Shown: positions 9,731-21,870, numbered from the stretch's first letter. The stretch is DNA of 64,000 nt from an uncultured Ruminococcus sp. (GCA_902779285.1 CACZAZ010000001.1:16460-80459); one strand, 5' to 3'. Notes: generated by a model not told the origin, from the sequence alone. Program-made: numbers and translations.

Positions 9731-10030
9731 TTCTCCACTTTCGTCGGTGGATAACCCCGTGATTTCCACGTTGATTCCCTGTGGAGAAAAACGTGGATAA
9801 GCGCCCGTCTTTTTCCTTTTCCGATTCCGACTTTTTTATCCACTTTTCTCCCGTTTTTTTCAACCGCAATCCACATCCACCCTGTGCAGAAAAAAAGGAC
9901 CGGACAGCCCGTCCCGTAAACGCTTTCCGTTTTATCCACCGTTTCAACCACCCCTACTACAACTCCTACTGAGATCCCTTATCCTTTTCTTTTCTTCCGT
10001 TTCCCGAAATTTTTTCCGATAAACCAAAAC
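9731..10030. other. oriC segment: DnaA-box cluster, DnaA-trio-like element and AT-richer stretch in the dnaA-dnaN spacer
   Basis: Boxes with at most 1 mismatch to TTATCCACA lie at 9746-9754(-), 9780-9788(-), 9792-9800(-), 9836-9844(+) and 9932-9940(+). Weaker boxes lie at 9731-9739 and 9867-9875. The last box is followed by a GC cluster and then CTACTACAACTCCTACT (bottom strand TAG GAG TTG TAG TAG). Confidence 0.75.
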
Positions 10031-10065
10031 CAAAGGCCGGTTCCGACCGGCGGAAAGGAACGACC

Positions 10066-11247
10066 ATGAAGGTTATTTTTTCGAAACCCGCGCTGCTTGA
10101 GGGACTCGTCCCCACGATGAGTACCGTTTCCAGCAAGAACACCATCACTCCGATCGAGGGCATTCTGATCGAGACGATCGGGGAGAACTCCGTCCGCCTG
10201 TCCTCCTACGATATGAATAAAGGTATGAGAACGACGGTCGAAGCCATCTCCATTATTGAGGAAGGAAACTGCATCATCAACGCGCAGCGCCTTCTCCAGA
10301 TCGTCAAACTGCTCGGAGAGGATGAGATCACGCTGGAGATCGGAGACGACCGGAAAGCCATGATCTCCGCGGGCGCCAGTTCCTTCTCACTGCAGTCTTT
10401 GCCCGGGACCGATTTCCCGAATCTGCCCGAACTTTCCGGTGATACCGGTTTCTCTGTGTCGGCGGGCGTACTGAAACGTATGATCGGCAAGGTCCTGCAT
10501 TCGATCGCGGAACAGGACAGCCGGCAGATGCTCTGCGGCGCGTATTTCACCGTGGAAGGCAAGCGGATGGATATCGTCTCCTGCGACGGCTACACGCTCT
10601 CCAAATGCCACGTTGAGAGCGACATTCAGGATATCGGGCGGATCTCTTCGACCCACTTCTCTTTCATTATTCCGGGTCACGCCCTGAACGAGATGATCCG
10701 CATCCTGCCCGACAAGGACGAGGAGGCGAAGATCTATCTGTCGAGAAAACACGCGATCATGGAACTGAAGGATATGGTCTTCTTTACCCGTATGATCGAC
10801 AGCGAATATATGGACTATCAGCGCATTCTTCCGAAGGCGCAGGATATCTTCGTGAAAATCGACCGGGAACGTCTGATGGAGGGGCTTGAAAGAGCCAATC
10901 TCGTCGCGGAGGAAAAGATCCAGGGCAACGGCAAATCCTACGTCAAGATCGAGATCAAGGGCAAAACCTTCAGTCTTTCCTCCAACTCGGTGAACGGCTA
11001 CGTCTACGACGAAATGGAGTGCGATCACGAGGGCGAAGATATCGCGATCGGTTTCAACTGCCGTTTTCTCATCAACAGCATCCGCGCGGCGGAGGGCAAA
11101 CGGATCTATATGACGCTGAAGAGCCCGACGCAGTCCATCACCGTCGAGCCGGTCGAGGAGGAATGGGACGAGAAGGACGGTTTCCGTTACTTCTATATGA
11201 TCCTGCCGGTCCGGATGAACGAACAGCCGGCGGCGGAAGAAGAATAA
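10066..11247 (+). CDS. dnaN: DNA polymerase III beta sliding clamp
   Basis: 393 aa, starting MKVIFSKPALLEGLVPTMSTVSSKNTITPIEGILIE. It occupies the canonical position after dnaA. Confidence 0.93.
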   Translation: MKVIFSKPALLEGLVPTMSTVSSKNTITPIEGILIETIGENSVRLSSYDMNKGMRTTVEAISIIEEGNCIINAQRLLQIVKLLGEDEITLEIGDDRKAMISAGASSFSLQSLPGTDFPNLPELSGDTGFSVSAGVLKRMIGKVLHSIAEQDSRQMLCGAYFTVEGKRMDIVSCDGYTLSKCHVESDIQDIGRISSTHFSFIIPGHALNEMIRILPDKDEEAKIYLSRKHAIMELKDMVFFTRMIDSEYMDYQRILPKAQDIFVKIDRERLMEGLERANLVAEEKIQGNGKSYVKIEIKGKTFSLSSNSVNGYVYDEMECDHEGEDIAIGFNCRFLINSIRAAEGKRIYMTLKSPTQSITVEPVEEEWDEKDGFRYFYMILPVRMNEQPAAEEE

Positions 11248-11269
11248 ACGACCGAACGAGGGCGGCGAC

Positions 11270-12376
11270 ATGAACCTGTTGACCCTGACGGCGGAAAACT
11301 ACCGGAATATCGCGTCCGCCCGCCTGAACTTCGTGCCCGGCGTCAATCTTCTCTTTGGTGAGAACGCGCAGGGCAAGACCAACGCGCTCGAATGCGTCTA
11401 CCTTTTCGCAAGGGGAAAAAGTTATCGGGGGACAAGCGACGAAGAACTGGTCAGATTCGGAGAAAAGGGATTTCGTATCGGGATCACCTTTCAGACCAAG
11501 AACGGCGAACAGACGCTCGACTACCGGTATTGGGAGGGCTCCCGCAAACGGCAAAAGAACGGCGCTCCCGTAAAACTCTCCGAGATGATCGGCAATTTTC
11601 GGGCGGTCCTGTTCTGCCCCGAACATCTGTCGCTCGTCAAAGGGGCGCCGCAGGAGAGACGGGCGTTCCTCAATATCGCGATCGCCCAATGCCGTCCCGT
11701 CTATTTGAAACTCTGCGACGAGTACAACAAGATCCTTGAGAACAGAAACTGTCTTTTGAAAGAAATGCAGAAGGGTCTCCGGTACGATCTTGAGGAACTC
11801 GAGAGCTGGACCGACCGGCTATCTGATACCGCCGCGAAGATCGCGGAGTATAGGATCGCGTACCTGAAAAAACTCGCGCCCCACGCGAAAGACCTTTTGA
11901 AAGATCTGTCCGGCAGCCGCGAGACCCTGCAGATCACCTACCAAAGCGAAGCGGAGGGGGAGACCCCGGAGGAGATCAAGGGATCGTATCTCAAACTGTT
12001 CCGGGAGAATCGGAACCGCGAGATCGCGGCGGGCTGTTCCCTTTTCGGGGCGCACCGGGACGACGCGGAGATACGGGTCAACGGTTTATCCGCCCGCGCC
12101 TACGGCTCGCAGGGGCAGCAGAGATCCGCGGTCCTCGCGCTGAAACTGGCGGAGGGCGAAGTTTGCCGCGACGAAACGGGCGAATATCCTGTTTTTCTCT
12201 TTGACGACGTGATGAGTGAACTGGACGAAACGCGGCGCGGCTACGTGCTGCGCGAAACGGGAGACCGGCAGATCGTTCTGACGGCTTGCGAATCGGGGGG
12301 CTTCGATCCCCGCGCGGTCAATATGATCGGCGTGGAGAACGGGATCTTTACGGAGCAGCCCCGAACGGAGGGATAA
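11270..12376 (+). CDS. recF: DNA replication and repair protein RecF
   Basis: 368 aa with Walker A GENAQGKTN and the SMC-like signature GSQGQQRS. Confidence 0.93.
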   Translation: MNLLTLTAENYRNIASARLNFVPGVNLLFGENAQGKTNALECVYLFARGKSYRGTSDEELVRFGEKGFRIGITFQTKNGEQTLDYRYWEGSRKRQKNGAPVKLSEMIGNFRAVLFCPEHLSLVKGAPQERRAFLNIAIAQCRPVYLKLCDEYNKILENRNCLLKEMQKGLRYDLEELESWTDRLSDTAAKIAEYRIAYLKKLAPHAKDLLKDLSGSRETLQITYQSEAEGETPEEIKGSYLKLFRENRNREIAAGCSLFGAHRDDAEIRVNGLSARAYGSQGQQRSAVLALKLAEGEVCRDETGEYPVFLFDDVMSELDETRRGYVLRETGDRQIVLTACESGGFDPRAVNMIGVENGIFTEQPRTEG

Positions 12377-12380
12377 AACC

Positions 12381-12653
12381 TTGATGTATCTGCATATCGG
12401 GAACGGTGTGACCGTCAGGATACGGGATCTTATCGCCTTCTTCGACTTCGACTCGATGACGGTCGCCTCGATCTCGAGAAAGTATCTGTCCGACGCCGAA
12501 AAGAAGAAGATGATCTCCGACTGCACGGGGGGAGAGATCCCGCGCAGCGTACTTCTCGTGACAGGCAAAAACAAAGGGGACTATCGCATCCTGTTTTCGC
12601 TTCTCTCGACCGCCGCGCTCCGCGCCCGGCTGGAGAGCGGAGCGGACGATTAA
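12381..12653 (+). CDS. remB: DUF370 / RemB(YaaB)-family small protein
   Basis: 90 aa (MYLHIGNGVTVRIRDLIAFFDFD). It holds the conserved recF-yaaB-gyrB position. The start is either TTG 12381 or ATG 12384. Confidence 0.75.
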   Translation: MMYLHIGNGVTVRIRDLIAFFDFDSMTVASISRKYLSDAEKKKMISDCTGGEIPRSVLLVTGKNKGDYRILFSLLSTAALRARLESGADD

Positions 12654-14654
<2,001 letters not shown>

Positions 14655-14675
14655 CCGGAAAGGAAGGGATAAACA

Positions 14676-17285
14676 ATGGAAAGAAAACCGAACAGCACCG
14701 AAGACATTTCCTTCCCCGAACAGAAGATCCTCGGGCGGAATATGGAGAAGGAACTCAAGACGGCGTTCATCGAGTATTCGATGAGCGTCATCACGAGCCG
14801 CGCCCTCCCCGACGTCCGCGACGGTATGAAACCCGGTCAGCGCCGCATCCTTTACGCTATGTACGAGGATCACCTGACCTACGACAAGCCTTTCCGCAAA
14901 TCCGCGACCACGGTCGGTAACGTGCTGGGCCGCTATCATCCGCACGGCGACGCCGCGGTCTATCAGACGATGGTCCGTATGGCGCAGTCCTTCTCGCTCC
15001 GCTATCCCCTGATCGAGGGTCACGGCAACTTCGGCAACGTCGACGGCGACGGCGCCGCCGCCTACCGGTATACCGAGGCAAGGATGTCGAAACTCGCGGA
15101 CCAGATGATGTCGGATATCGAGAAGAACGTCGTCAACTTCCTCCCCAACTTCGACAATTCGCGCAAGGAGCCCGAGGTGCTTCCGTCGCGATTCCCCAAC
15201 CTGCTCGTCAACGGGTCGGTCGGTATCGCCGTCGGTATGGCGACGAACATCCCGCCCCACAACCTCCGCGAGGTGATCGACGGGATCGTGTTCCGGATGG
15301 ACAATCCCGAATGCACGGTCCCCGAACTGATGGAATATATCAAGGGTCCCGACTTCCCGACCGCCGGGATCGTGTACGGCTCGCGCGGGATGCTCGACGC
15401 CTACTCGACGGGACGCGGCAAGGTCATCGTCCGTGCGCGGGCGCGGATCGAGGACGAACACCATAGGATCATCGTGACCGAGATCCCCTACGCCGTCAAC
15501 AAGAGCCAGTTGGTCGAGGCGATCGCGGACCTGGTCAAGGATAAGAAGATCGAGGGCATCACCGACCTGCGCGACGAGTCGGGCAGGGACGGTATGCGGA
15601 TCGTGATCGAATACCGCCGCGACGCCAACGGCGAGGTCATTCTCAACCAACTCTATAAGTACAGTCAGCTGCAGGACACCTTCGCCGTCAATATGCTGAT
15701 GCTGGTGAACGGCGAGCCGAAGATCCTGTCGCTTCCCGAGATCCTCGATCAGTACATCCTGTTCCAGGAGGGCATTATCGTCCGGCGCACGCAGTTCGAT
15801 CTCGACCGCGCGCTGAAGGAAATGCACATCTACGAGGGGTACAAGATCGCGATCGACCATATCGACGAGATCATCAAGATCATCAAAGCCAGCAGTTCGA
15901 TCCCCGACGCGAAAGCCAACTTGATGGAGAGCTACGGTTTGACCGACCCGCAGGCGCAGGCGATCGTCGAGATGACGCTCGGCAAACTGTCGGGGCTGGA
16001 ACGGCAGAAGGTGGAGGACCGTCTCTTGAAACTCGAAGAAACGGTCGCGGACCTGCAGGCGATCCTCTCCGACGACGGCAGAGTGCGCGAGATCGTCAAG
16101 AACGAACTGACCTCGATGAAGGAGAAGTTCGGGGACGACCGGCGCACCGAGCTGATCGAGGCGACCGACGACATCGACATCGAGGACCTGATCCCGCGCC
16201 ACACCTGCGTTCTCACCGTGACGACCGGCGGCTATATCAAGCGCCAGCCCGCCGCCACCTATTCGTCGCAGCACCGCGGCGGCAAGGGCATTATCGGTAT
16301 GGGACACAAGGAAGAGGACGACGTGGTCGACGTGATCGTCGCGAACAGCCACGCGCTCCTGATGTTCTTCACCAACAAGGGACGAGTCTATACCAAGAAG
16401 ACCTACCGCATCCCCGAGGCGGGCCGCACCGCGAAGGGGACCAATATGGTCAACATCCTCGACCTCACCGAAGGGGAGAACGTCACCGCGATCATCTCGA
16501 TCGACGCTTTCACCGAGGGCGAGTATCTGACGATGGTGACCAAGAAGGGCGTCATCAAGAAGACCCCGACCAAGGACTTCGAGTATCAGCGGCGTTCGGG
16601 CAAGATCGCGATCAACCTCGACGAGGGCGACGATCTGCTCTTCGTCCGTAAGACCAAGGGGACCGACGACCTGATCCTCGCGACCCGCGGCGGCAACGCC
16701 ACGAGATTCAGCGAGACCACCGTTCGTCCGATGGGCAGGACCGCCCGCGGCGTGCGCGGCATCCGTCTCACGGGCGAGGATTACGTGATCGGCGTCGCGC
16801 TGGTCGAAGAGGGCAAGCAGCTGCTCACCATCACCGACCGGGGCTTCGGGAAACGCACCGAGTTCGACGACTTCCGCGTTCTGAAGAACAGAGGCGGTCA
16901 GGGCGTCACGGCGCACAACCTGAACGACAAGACCGGCAACCTCGCGGCGATCGCGGCGGTGTCCGAGTCCGACGATATCATGATGATCACCAACGACGGG
17001 ACCATCATCCGGATCCCGGTCGCGGGCATCCCGATCTACTCCCGTTCCGCGGGCGGCGTGATCGTGATGCGGCTCTCCGAGGGCGCGGCGATCGTCAACC
17101 TGTCGCGCATCGAGCCGCAGGAGGAACTTGACGAGGAGATCACCGCCGACGAGACCGCCGAACATCCCGAACTCTCCGAGGACGGAGAGGCGGACGGCGC
17201 GGAGGAGACCCCGGCGGAAAACGAAGCGGACGAGGATCCCGACGAGGAGCCCGCAGAGACCTCCGAAGAAAATGAAGAGATCTGA
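14676..17285 (+). CDS. gyrA: DNA gyrase subunit A (with an acidic C-terminal tail)
   Basis: 869 aa with the active-site region AAAYRYTEARM, the QRDR-like HPHGDAAVYQTMV, and beta-pinwheel repeats. The last ~55 aa are D/E-rich. Confidence 0.97.
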   Translation: MERKPNSTEDISFPEQKILGRNMEKELKTAFIEYSMSVITSRALPDVRDGMKPGQRRILYAMYEDHLTYDKPFRKSATTVGNVLGRYHPHGDAAVYQTMVRMAQSFSLRYPLIEGHGNFGNVDGDGAAAYRYTEARMSKLADQMMSDIEKNVVNFLPNFDNSRKEPEVLPSRFPNLLVNGSVGIAVGMATNIPPHNLREVIDGIVFRMDNPECTVPELMEYIKGPDFPTAGIVYGSRGMLDAYSTGRGKVIVRARARIEDEHHRIIVTEIPYAVNKSQLVEAIADLVKDKKIEGITDLRDESGRDGMRIVIEYRRDANGEVILNQLYKYSQLQDTFAVNMLMLVNGEPKILSLPEILDQYILFQEGIIVRRTQFDLDRALKEMHIYEGYKIAIDHIDEIIKIIKASSSIPDAKANLMESYGLTDPQAQAIVEMTLGKLSGLERQKVEDRLLKLEETVADLQAILSDDGRVREIVKNELTSMKEKFGDDRRTELIEATDDIDIEDLIPRHTCVLTVTTGGYIKRQPAATYSSQHRGGKGIIGMGHKEEDDVVDVIVANSHALLMFFTNKGRVYTKKTYRIPEAGRTAKGTNMVNILDLTEGENVTAIISIDAFTEGEYLTMVTKKGVIKKTPTKDFEYQRRSGKIAINLDEGDDLLFVRKTKGTDDLILATRGGNATRFSETTVRPMGRTARGVRGIRLTGEDYVIGVALVEEGKQLLTITDRGFGKRTEFDDFRVLKNRGGQGVTAHNLNDKTGNLAAIAAVSESDDIMMITNDGTIIRIPVAGIPIYSRSAGGVIVMRLSEGAAIVNLSRIEPQEELDEEITADETAEHPELSEDGEADGAEETPAENEADEDPDEEPAETSEENEEI

Positions 17286-17973
17286 CTCCGTCCCCCGGGC
17301 GCACGCCCGGGGGATCGTAAGAAAAGCGGGGATCGCGCTGCTGCTGATCCTGGTCCTGGCGGCGCTTTCCTCTTGCGGAAAGAAGATCGAGCCCGCCGAC
17401 GAGGGCGAGGCGATCGCGGCGGCGGAGCGGCTGATCGGAGACGCCGAGCCGTGGATCCGTCTGTTCTTCACGCCGGACGGGATGCCGTACCTTGAGAACG
17501 GGCGCGAACTCGGCGTCTACCGCGAGGTGGACGGAGCCGCGATGCACGAACTCGGTTTCGACCGGCTGTCCGACCTGAAAAGCTACGCCGAACGGTATTT
17601 CAGCCCCTCGATGTGCGAACGCTTCGACGCGGTTTTGTTCGCGGGCGACGGCGCGGGCGGCTGGCTGGCGGCTCTGGTCGAGAACACTTCCCTCGAATTC
17701 TCCGAGGACGGGGAGAGCAGGACCGTTTTCCTCTGCTTCTACGCCAACCCCGACGCTCTGCCGATGCTCCCGGGCGCCGAAGCGGATTTTGATTTTTCAA
17801 ACGCGACCGTGACCGAAAACCGCGGCGATCACGTCAAGATCTCCGTCCCCGCGGCGGGACGCGGCGAGAACGCGGGCAAAACCGTGAACAAGACCCTCGA
17901 CCTGTGCAAAATAGAGGGCGAATGGTATCTGGACAACTATCCGAACGTCGTCTTCCCGAAGGGGGAGAATTGA
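17272..17973 (+). CDS. Putative lipoprotein, unknown function
   Basis: The internal ATG at 17272 gives MKRSDS...ALLLILVLAALSSCGK, a signal peptide with a lipobox. The longer track ORF (from 17128) overlaps the gyrA tail and was rejected. Confidence 0.6.
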   Translation: MKRSDSVPRAHARGIVRKAGIALLLILVLAALSSCGKKIEPADEGEAIAAAERLIGDAEPWIRLFFTPDGMPYLENGRELGVYREVDGAAMHELGFDRLSDLKSYAERYFSPSMCERFDAVLFAGDGAGGWLAALVENTSLEFSEDGESRTVFLCFYANPDALPMLPGAEADFDFSNATVTENRGDHVKISVPAAGRGENAGKTVNKTLDLCKIEGEWYLDNYPNVVFPKGEN

Positions 17974-17998
17974 CGGACGGGCGGGTAAGGAGGACGCG

Positions 17999-18466
17999 AT
18001 GACCTTCCGTGAAAAACTGCTTGCGCTGCGCCGGCGGGACAAATTGACCCAGACTGCTCTCTCAAAAGCGGTCGGCGTGACCCGACAGGCGGTGTATCTC
18101 TGGGAAAAGGGGCTTTCGTACCCCGACGCCTCCGCGCTGCTTTCGCTCCGGGGGCTGTTCGGCGTGTCGATCGACGCCCTGCTCGACGATTCGCTCCCCC
18201 TCCCCGAAGGGAGAGAAACGAATCCTTCTTTCGCGCCGCGGCCGCGCCCGACGGAGCGTTTTTCGCCCGCAAAAGAGAAAACCCCCGTCAAAATAGGCGA
18301 AAAACCGGCGCTCTCCGTCGAGGCGGAGGAACCGGAGCCGACCCCGGAGCCCATCCCGGAGCGTGCGCCGGAGCGTGCGCCTTTGCGCGCAAAGGTCGAG
18401 CCGAGCCGCGTCAAGACCGGGAACGTCTTCGACCTGTTCGGATCGTTTTTCAGACGGAAAAAGTAA
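17999..18466 (+). CDS. XRE-family HTH transcriptional regulator with a Pro/Glu-rich tail
   Basis: The N-terminus LRRRDKLTQTALSKAVGVTRQAVYLWEKGLSYPD is an HTH_3 (Cro/C1) motif. Confidence 0.8.
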   Translation: MTFREKLLALRRRDKLTQTALSKAVGVTRQAVYLWEKGLSYPDASALLSLRGLFGVSIDALLDDSLPLPEGRETNPSFAPRPRPTERFSPAKEKTPVKIGEKPALSVEAEEPEPTPEPIPERAPERAPLRAKVEPSRVKTGNVFDLFGSFFRRKK

Positions 18467-18512
18467 GCGAAAAAACCGTTCCCCGCATAAAACGGGCGCG
18501 GGGCGGGCAACA

Positions 18513-18842
18513 ATGGAGCAAAGGGTCTATTCCGCGCAAACTCTACATATCGTTTTGGGGGTGCGTGCGGTGAAAGGATGCGAGAGACGGGTGATCCGCC
18601 TGAAGAATCCCGGGGGCGGGCTGTTCGAGGAGGCGATCTTCCTTTTGCGGACGCCTGCCCCCGAAAAGGGGAGCGATCCGCGCGAGATGGTCGCGGAGGC
18701 GAATCGGATCCTGCTCGGATACCGGGAGGGCGCTTTGAAGAAAAAGCCGCGGCTCCGTCCGGTCGCGTTCCTGTTGGGGGCGCTTCTCGGGGCGGCTGTC
18801 GCCGTCGGCGTACTTTATTTGATCGGATTGACCGTAAATTAG
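18513..18842 (+). CDS. Small C-terminally membrane-anchored protein, unknown function
   Basis: 109 aa from the ATG at 18513. It has a C-terminal TM (VAFLLGALLGAAVAVGVLYLIGL). The SD is weak and the start is uncertain. Confidence 0.45.
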   Translation: MEQRVYSAQTLHIVLGVRAVKGCERRVIRLKNPGGGLFEEAIFLLRTPAPEKGSDPREMVAEANRILLGYREGALKKKPRLRPVAFLLGALLGAAVAVGVLYLIGLTVN

Positions 18843-18852
18843 AAAGGACACT

Positions 18853-20799
18853 ATGGCAAAACAGAAAGAAGAACAGACCAAAAGAGAGAAACGGAACGTT
18901 TCTCGGGGGCAGGAGCAAGCCGGCAAACGGAGGGAGAACGCGCGTCCGCACGCGAAAAACGAGAACGGACGACAAGAGAAACCGAACAAGCGCCGGGACG
19001 ACCGCGCCGCGGCTCTCCGCCCGGGGAAAGCCGCGGGGGACAAGCGCGAACGCATAAGCGAGAGGGCAAACGACGCCCGCAAGCGGACCCTGCGGCGCAA
19101 AGAAACGCCCCGGAGAGAGAGAAGCGGGCGCGGTTTCGACGGCACGCTCCGGATCATCCCGCTCGGCGGGCTCGGAGAGATCGGAAAGAACATGACCGCG
19201 ATCGAGTACGGTGAGGATATCGTCGTGATCGACTGCGGGCTCGCCTTCCCCGACGAGGATATGCCGGGCGTGGATCTGGTGATCCCCGACGTTTCCTACC
19301 TTGTAAAGAATCAGGCGCGCCTGCGCGGGATCCTGCTCACCCACGGGCACGAGGATCATATCGGCGCGATCCCCTACGTACTGCAGCAGATCCGGACCCC
19401 GATCTACGGCACCCGCCTGACCGTCGGGATCGTCAAGAACAAGCTGGAGGAGACTTCCCTTCCCTACGAGCCCGAACTAAAGACCGTCGAGGCGGGCGAT
19501 ACCGTCGAACTCGGCGCGATCAAGGCGGAGTTCATCCACGTCAACCACTCGATCGCGGACGCCTGCTGCATCGCGCTGCATACCCCCGCGGGGGTGGTGT
19601 TCCACACCGGCGACTTCAAACTCGACGTCTCCCCGATCGACGGGAAGATGATCGACCTGGTCCGGATCGGGCAGCTCGGAGAGGAGGGCGTCAAACTGCT
19701 GCTCTGCGAATCGACCAACGCCGAGCGCCCCGGGTTCACTCCCTCCGAGCGGACGGTGGGGCTGTCGCTTGACCGGATCTTTATGGAGCATCGCGACAAG
19801 CGGCTGATCATCGCGACCTTCTCGTCGAACGTCCACCGCGTCCAGCAGATCATCAACGCCTCCGCCAAGTACGGCAGACGGGTCGCGGTCGTCGGGCGCA
19901 GTATGGTGAACGTCATCGGCGCCGCCGTCGACCTCGGCTATATGGATCTCCCGGAGGGGGTCCTGATCGACGTCGCGGACGCGAAACGCTACAAACCCGA
20001 ACAGTTGACCATCATCACGACCGGCTCGCAGGGAGAGCCGATGTCGGCGCTCTACCGGATGGCGTTCTCGGAGCATAACCAGATCAAGCTGACCCCGTCG
20101 GATCTCGTGATCCTGTCGGCGTCCGCGATCCCCGGGAACGAGAAACTGGTCGGCAAGATCATAAACGCCCTCGTCCGCGCCGGGATCCACGTGGTCAACG
20201 ACGCGGTCGCGGACGTCCACGTGTCGGGACACGCCTGCCGCGAGGAACTGAAAATGATGATCGGACTTACCAAACCCGAATACTTTATGCCGGTCCACGG
20301 CGAGGAGCGCCACCTCTACGCGAACAAGGCGCTCGCGGAGTTTATGGGCATCCCGTCGGACCGTATCTTCGTTGCGACCGAACTCGGTCAGGTACTGGAG
20401 ATCGACCGCAAGGGCGCCCGCTTCGCGTCGTCGGTCCCCGCCGGCAGAGTGATGGTCGACGGCTCGGGCGTCGGGGACGTCGGCGCCGTGGTCCTCCGCG
20501 ACAGGAAAACGCTGGCGCAGAGCGGGCTCTTCGCCGTCGTCGCGACGGTCGATCCCGCGGTGCGGGAGATCGTTTCGGGACCCGAGATCGTTTCCCGCGG
20601 CTTCGTCTACGTCCGCGACAACGAGGAACTGCTCGACCGGGCGAAGAAGATCGCCTACGACGCGATCAACCGCGCGCTCGACGAATACGGCGTCGACTGG
20701 GCGGCGATGAAGACCGCCGTGAAGGAAAAACTCTCGAAGTTCCTCTACGAAGCGACCGGGCGCAGCCCCGTCATTTTGCCGGTGATACTGTCGCTTTGA
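18853..20799 (+). CDS. rnj: Ribonuclease J with a ~95-aa basic N-terminal extension
   Basis: Metallo-beta-lactamase/beta-CASP motifs are present (IIPLGGLGEIGKNM, HGHEDHIG). 648 aa versus the usual ~555. There is no in-frame ATG, GTG or TTG near the conserved core start. Confidence 0.92.
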   Translation: MAKQKEEQTKREKRNVSRGQEQAGKRRENARPHAKNENGRQEKPNKRRDDRAAALRPGKAAGDKRERISERANDARKRTLRRKETPRRERSGRGFDGTLRIIPLGGLGEIGKNMTAIEYGEDIVVIDCGLAFPDEDMPGVDLVIPDVSYLVKNQARLRGILLTHGHEDHIGAIPYVLQQIRTPIYGTRLTVGIVKNKLEETSLPYEPELKTVEAGDTVELGAIKAEFIHVNHSIADACCIALHTPAGVVFHTGDFKLDVSPIDGKMIDLVRIGQLGEEGVKLLLCESTNAERPGFTPSERTVGLSLDRIFMEHRDKRLIIATFSSNVHRVQQIINASAKYGRRVAVVGRSMVNVIGAAVDLGYMDLPEGVLIDVADAKRYKPEQLTIITTGSQGEPMSALYRMAFSEHNQIKLTPSDLVILSASAIPGNEKLVGKIINALVRAGIHVVNDAVADVHVSGHACREELKMMIGLTKPEYFMPVHGEERHLYANKALAEFMGIPSDRIFVATELGQVLEIDRKGARFASSVPAGRVMVDGSGVGDVGAVVLRDRKTLAQSGLFAVVATVDPAVREIVSGPEIVSRGFVYVRDNEELLDRAKKIAYDAINRALDEYGVDWAAMKTAVKEKLSKFLYEATGRSPVILPVILSL

Positions 20800-20904
20800 C
20801 GCGCACGATCGGCGCGGATCGAAAAAACGAAAACGGGACCGTTTCAAATCTTGGTGCATTCCGCTTTGTTCCGCTAAACGTCAATACAAAAAGGAGTCGA
20901 AAAA

Positions 20905-21870
20905 ATGAAAAACACGTTGAGATCCATCTCGTTACTGCTGCTCGCCGGGCTGACGGTCTTCGGGCTCGTTGCCTGCTCGCTTGAACCGGCAAAAGCGACC
21001 GAAGCCGAGAAGTCCGCCGAAAAGACCGAAGAGACGACCGAGCCCGCGGTCACGACGGCGGCTGTCACGACGGCGGCTGTCACGACGGCGGCGACGACCG
21101 CGGAGCCGGAACCCGCCCCCGAACCGATCACCCTGAAGATCGTTGCGGCAAACGTGCAGAACGCCAACTACGACAAGAGCGGAGAGCCGACGCTCGCCTC
21201 CAAGTACAAAAAACTTGCCGACGCGTTCAGCGCAAAGACGCCCGACGTGGTCTTTCTGCCGGAGTGCGGCACCGCGGAAGCCGCCGAGGAGATCCGAAGC
21301 CGGATGGCAAACGCGTCGAGCTACGAGGTCGTTGCGCCCGAGGACGCGAACGTGATGATGCTCTACAACAAAGAGGTCTTTGCATTGGTCGACAAGGGAT
21401 GTATGAAGATCGGCTCCCAGGGCGATGCAAACGGCTCGAATTACGACCGCTATATGGTCTGGGCGCGGTTGCGCCACAAGGAGAGCGGAACGCCGCTGGT
21501 GGTGTCTCCGATCCACGTTGATTACGCGGTGAACGCCGGCAAAGCGCAGATCAACACCATCGTCGATTATCTGAAAAACAATTTTCCGAAGATCCCGTTC
21601 ATCCTCGGCGGCGACTTCAACCTTGAGATGAGCGCGCTTACCAAGACGGCTCTTGTGACCGAGGGATATGGGAACGCCGGAACGAGAGCGACCATGACGG
21701 TCAACGGGAGCGCGGCGACCTTCCCCGAGAAAAACATCATCCTCGACTTCATCTGGTATAAGAGCGGACTGACGTATCAGGTGAAGGCGACGAAATACGA
21801 AGTGATAATGGAACCCTTGCCGACCGACCACAGACCGATCTACACGGAGTTCTCGATCACAAAGCAATAA
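20905..21870 (+). CDS. Endonuclease/exonuclease/phosphatase (EEP) family lipoprotein
   Basis: Signal peptide with lipobox (LVAC), an AVTTA x3 linker, then GGDFN and TDHRPIY, which are EEP catalytic motifs. Confidence 0.8.
   Translation: MKNTLRSISLLLLAGLTVFGLVACSLEPAKATEAEKSAEKTEETTEPAVTTAAVTTAAVTTAATTAEPEPAPEPITLKIVAANVQNANYDKSGEPTLASKYKKLADAFSAKTPDVVFLPECGTAEAAEEIRSRMANASSYEVVAPEDANVMMLYNKEVFALVDKGCMKIGSQGDANGSNYDRYMVWARLRHKESGTPLVVSPIHVDYAVNAGKAQINTIVDYLKNNFPKIPFILGGDFNLEMSALTKTALVTEGYGNAGTRATMTVNGSAATFPEKNIILDFIWYKSGLTYQVKATKYEVIMEPLPTDHRPIYTEFSITKQ

Noticed and set aside
17128-17271. N-terminal 48 codons of track ORF 17128..17973
   Set aside because: This part overlaps the acidic tail of gyrA in another frame and is Arg/Pro-rich. 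The internal ATG at 17272 gives a proper signal peptide and lipobox.
21040-21095. 15-nt tandem repeat inside the EEP gene (AVTTA x3)
   Set aside because: It is in frame and lies in the linker between the lipobox and the catalytic domain, so it is an ordinary low-complexity linker rather than a separate feature.
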